NCBI GenBank assembly: GCA_963755425.1
Contig: CAVWJI010000001.1
Coordinates: 414,697-478,696 of the forward strand
Direction: 5' to 3'
DNA: 64,000 nucleotides
Source: an uncultured Gemmatimonadales bacterium
GTDB taxonomy: Bacteria; Gemmatimonadota; Gemmatimonadetes; Gemmatimonadales; GWC2-71-9
A model generated the notes under the pieces. The model did not search any database, was not told where the DNA came from, and was given only the letters and a program-made list of their open reading frames with translations. This document shows positions 62,174 through 64,000 of this stretch, piece by piece; the first letter of the stretch is position 1, and each line of letters starts with the position of its first letter. Made by a program: the position numbers and the translations under genes.

Positions 62174-62217
62174 GTGATGCGCTCCCGGTGATAAGGGCCG
62201 AAAAGTGTTCCATGTTA

Positions 62218-62274
62218 AACGTTGGCGATAACATATGAAGGAATTGAATCTATAGTCAATGTTGGCTATAACAT
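62218..62274. promoter_or_regulatory. two copies of a 16-17-bp inverted-repeat box (AAYGTTGGCKATAACAT) in the AT-rich gap between the divergent Fic genes
   Basis: AACGTTGGCGATAACAT (62218-62234) and AATGTTGGCTATAACAT (62258-62274) have arms ATGTT/AACAT and lie 40 bp centre-to-centre. Confidence 0.4.
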
Positions 62275-62402
62275 GGGTGCCTTCGGGGACGGGCCGACGC
62301 AGAGAGTTCAACGCTCCAATACAATGTCTCATCGCGATATCTTGCTTTATTGGCTGTTATCGTTGCAATTTCTTGCCCGACAACCACTATCGAAGGCCTC
62401 TC

Positions 62403-63893
62403 GTGCCAAAATCTCGCCCTGGCTGGCCCGAAATCGTCTACGGTGGTGGCACCGCGTCTTCCCGGGTGAGCAGGGGCTTGGCCCGGGGGGAGCTGCGCAA
62501 GATCGGACCGGCCCTCTACACCTCCAACCTCTCGGACGACCCGGCACGAGTCGTTGCGCGGCATCTGTGGGAACTCGTCGCCCATTACGCTCCCGGTGCG
62601 GTGGTGTCCCATCGTACCGCCTTCGACGGAAGGCCGAGTGACGATGGCGCCGTCTTCCTGACCGGGCCGACCGGGAAGCGGCTCGATCTTCCCGGGCTGC
62701 GGCTCCGCGTCACCAGGGGGCCCGGTCCGCTCCCCGGCGACCAACAGTATCTCGGCGGTCTCTTTCTGGCCTCCGAGGCCCGTCTCCTCCTCGAGAACCT
62801 CTCCATCGCGCGCGAGCGGGGTGGAGCGCGGCGCACGGTATCGCGTGACGCCGTCGAGCAGCGCCTCGAGACGATCCTGCAGAGTCGCGGTGAGGCGGCG
62901 TTGAACGCGGTCCGCGATCAGGCGCGTCAGTTGACCACTTCGGTGAGTTCGGAGCGCGAGTTTGCGCGACTCGATGCGATGATCGGCGCATTGCTGCGCT
63001 CACGCCCTGCGAGCGCGCTGCGCACGCCGGCCGGGAATGCCCGGGCGGCCGGCGCGCCCATCGACGCCGAGCGGGCCGAACGATTCGATCTCCTGGCTCG
63101 GACGCTCTCGGCGGTCCAGCTGCCGCAACGGCTCGATGCCGCCACCAGCGGACCGGCGTTCGAACATCTCGCCTTCTTCGACGCGTATTTCTCGAATTAC
63201 ATCGAGGGGACCGAATTCTCGGTCGACGAAGCACGCGCGATCGTATTCGACGGCGTCGTGCCGTTGCAGCGCCCGGCCGATGCGCATGACGTCCTGGGAA
63301 CGTACCGGTTGGTGGGAGATATTGGCTGGCTCACCCATTCGGTCACGGTCGATCGGGACTCCGCCGCATTCCTGTCCCGTCTGGCCGATGCGCACGCCAC
63401 GCTGATGGCTGGGCGCCCGGAGGCAGGCCCTGGGCAGTGGAAGACGCGCCCCAACCAGGCCGGCAATACCCGGTTCGTGGCACCCGAACTGGTCGGCGGA
63501 ACGCTGGTCAATGGATGGGAGCAGGCGCGCGGATTGCGTACCGCCCTCCAGCGCGCTGCGATGATGATGTTCGTGGTGACGGAAGTGCATCCCTTCGCCG
63601 ATGGCAACGGGCGGATTGCGCGGGCTTTCATGAATGCCGAGTTCGTGTCCGGGGGCGAACGTCGCGTGGTGATCCCCGCGGTGTATCGTGACGACTATCT
63701 CGGGGGTCTGCGCGCGCTGTCACGGCATGATCATCCGAACCCGTACATCCTGATGCTCGATCAGGCACAACGGTTCACCGCGTCGGTGCGGTGGAGCGAC
63801 TTTGCCGCGGCGCTCGCCGATCTCGGCGTCGCCAACGCACTCGCGGCCCCGGAAGACGGCGTGCGGCTCAGGATTCCGAGGACAGCGGTGTAG
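62403..63893 (+). CDS. Fic-family protein with AbiEi-like N-terminal wHTH domain
   Basis: Active-site motif HPFADGNGRIARAFM. The inhibitory-type motif is SNYIEG. The N-terminus SRVSRGLARGELRKIGPALYTS resembles the AbiEi antitoxin N-terminal domain. The likely start is the GTG at 62403. Confidence 0.85.
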   Translation: MPKSRPGWPEIVYGGGTASSRVSRGLARGELRKIGPALYTSNLSDDPARVVARHLWELVAHYAPGAVVSHRTAFDGRPSDDGAVFLTGPTGKRLDLPGLRLRVTRGPGPLPGDQQYLGGLFLASEARLLLENLSIARERGGARRTVSRDAVEQRLETILQSRGEAALNAVRDQARQLTTSVSSEREFARLDAMIGALLRSRPASALRTPAGNARAAGAPIDAERAERFDLLARTLSAVQLPQRLDAATSGPAFEHLAFFDAYFSNYIEGTEFSVDEARAIVFDGVVPLQRPADAHDVLGTYRLVGDIGWLTHSVTVDRDSAAFLSRLADAHATLMAGRPEAGPGQWKTRPNQAGNTRFVAPELVGGTLVNGWEQARGLRTALQRAAMMMFVVTEVHPFADGNGRIARAFMNAEFVSGGERRVVIPAVYRDDYLGGLRALSRHDHPNPYILMLDQAQRFTASVRWSDFAAALADLGVANALAAPEDGVRLRIPRTAV

Positions 63894-63905
63894 GCTGTGA
63901 GGTCA

Positions 63906-64000
63906 ATGGACCTGGACCGCGCCGGTGCCGCTGCGGACCGCGCGGATCAGATCGGCGCTCTGGAAGGCGCGATCGGGTTGTCCGAAGAGGAGACCGAGGA
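63906..64000 (+). CDS. possible 5' end of a CDS running off the window
   Basis: The ATG at 63906 is preceded by GAGG. MDLDRAGAAADRADQIGALEGAIGLSEEETE has GC-rich third positions. The fragment is too short to classify. Confidence 0.25.
   Translation, partial: MDLDRAGAAADRADQIGALEGAIGLSEEETE

Noticed and set aside
52097-63893. Calling the TA/Fic region a mobile element, integrative element or prophage.
   Set aside because: No integrase, transposase, phage structural genes, conjugation genes or flanking direct repeats are visible in the window. Only the weaker label of accessory/TA cluster is supported.

Overview
Very GC-rich bacterial chromosomal window (GC content judged by eye, not computed). 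I found no rRNA genes, no CRISPR array, and no recognisable integrase or transposase.

Gene content. About 55 protein-coding genes are recognisable.
- Positions 1-52,000 look like core genome. Called genes include rpsN/rpmG, a group II PLP decarboxylase, uvrA, an MsbA-like ABC exporter followed by FHA and PP2C genes, GTP-type PEPCK, nfo, a GAF-GGDEF protein, ftsE-ftsX-envC, and lepA heading a tightly overlapped operon (GT4, ROK kinase, PfkB kinase, GHKL ATPase, STAS-like protein, Cys/Met PLP enzyme). Further along are DUF58 and BatA-like genes, a PEP-CTERM protein, mfd, two parvulin/SurA-type PPIases, pdxA, glycosyltransferases, a TlyC/CorC-like protein, a CDF transporter and typA/bipA.
- Positions 52,000-64,000 begin at a stand-alone tRNA-Ile(GAT) and look accessory. 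This part holds an M1 aminopeptidase, a Leu-shaped class II tRNA with an abnormal anticodon loop, higBA, a truncated tRNA-like fragment, an XRE regulator, hipBA, a SEC-C protein and two divergent Fic genes.

Two window-wide properties.
1. Neighbouring genes are very often joined by 4-nt GTGA or ATGA start/stop overlaps.
2. Many conserved genes are split over two or three reading frames. Affected genes are uvrA, the ABC exporter, the PP2C, HD-domain, pckG, DUF58, BatA-like and PEP-CTERM genes, mfd, both PPIases, the M1 peptidase, and others. I read these breaks as assembly indels until shown otherwise. For these genes I give whole-gene spans rather than the fragment ORFs.

Most interesting non-standard signals.
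- A 20-copy heptanucleotide repeat lies between lepA and an EamA transporter gene.
- A related CTCACGA heptad leader sits directly upstream of both ribosome-associated translational GTPase genes, lepA and bipA.
- An uncharacterised GHKL-ATPase / STAS-like + wHTH gene pair is embedded in a sugar-kinase operon.
- The anomalous class II tRNA lies inside a cluster of toxin-antitoxin and Fic genes.

All family assignments come from reading motifs by eye. No searches were run.
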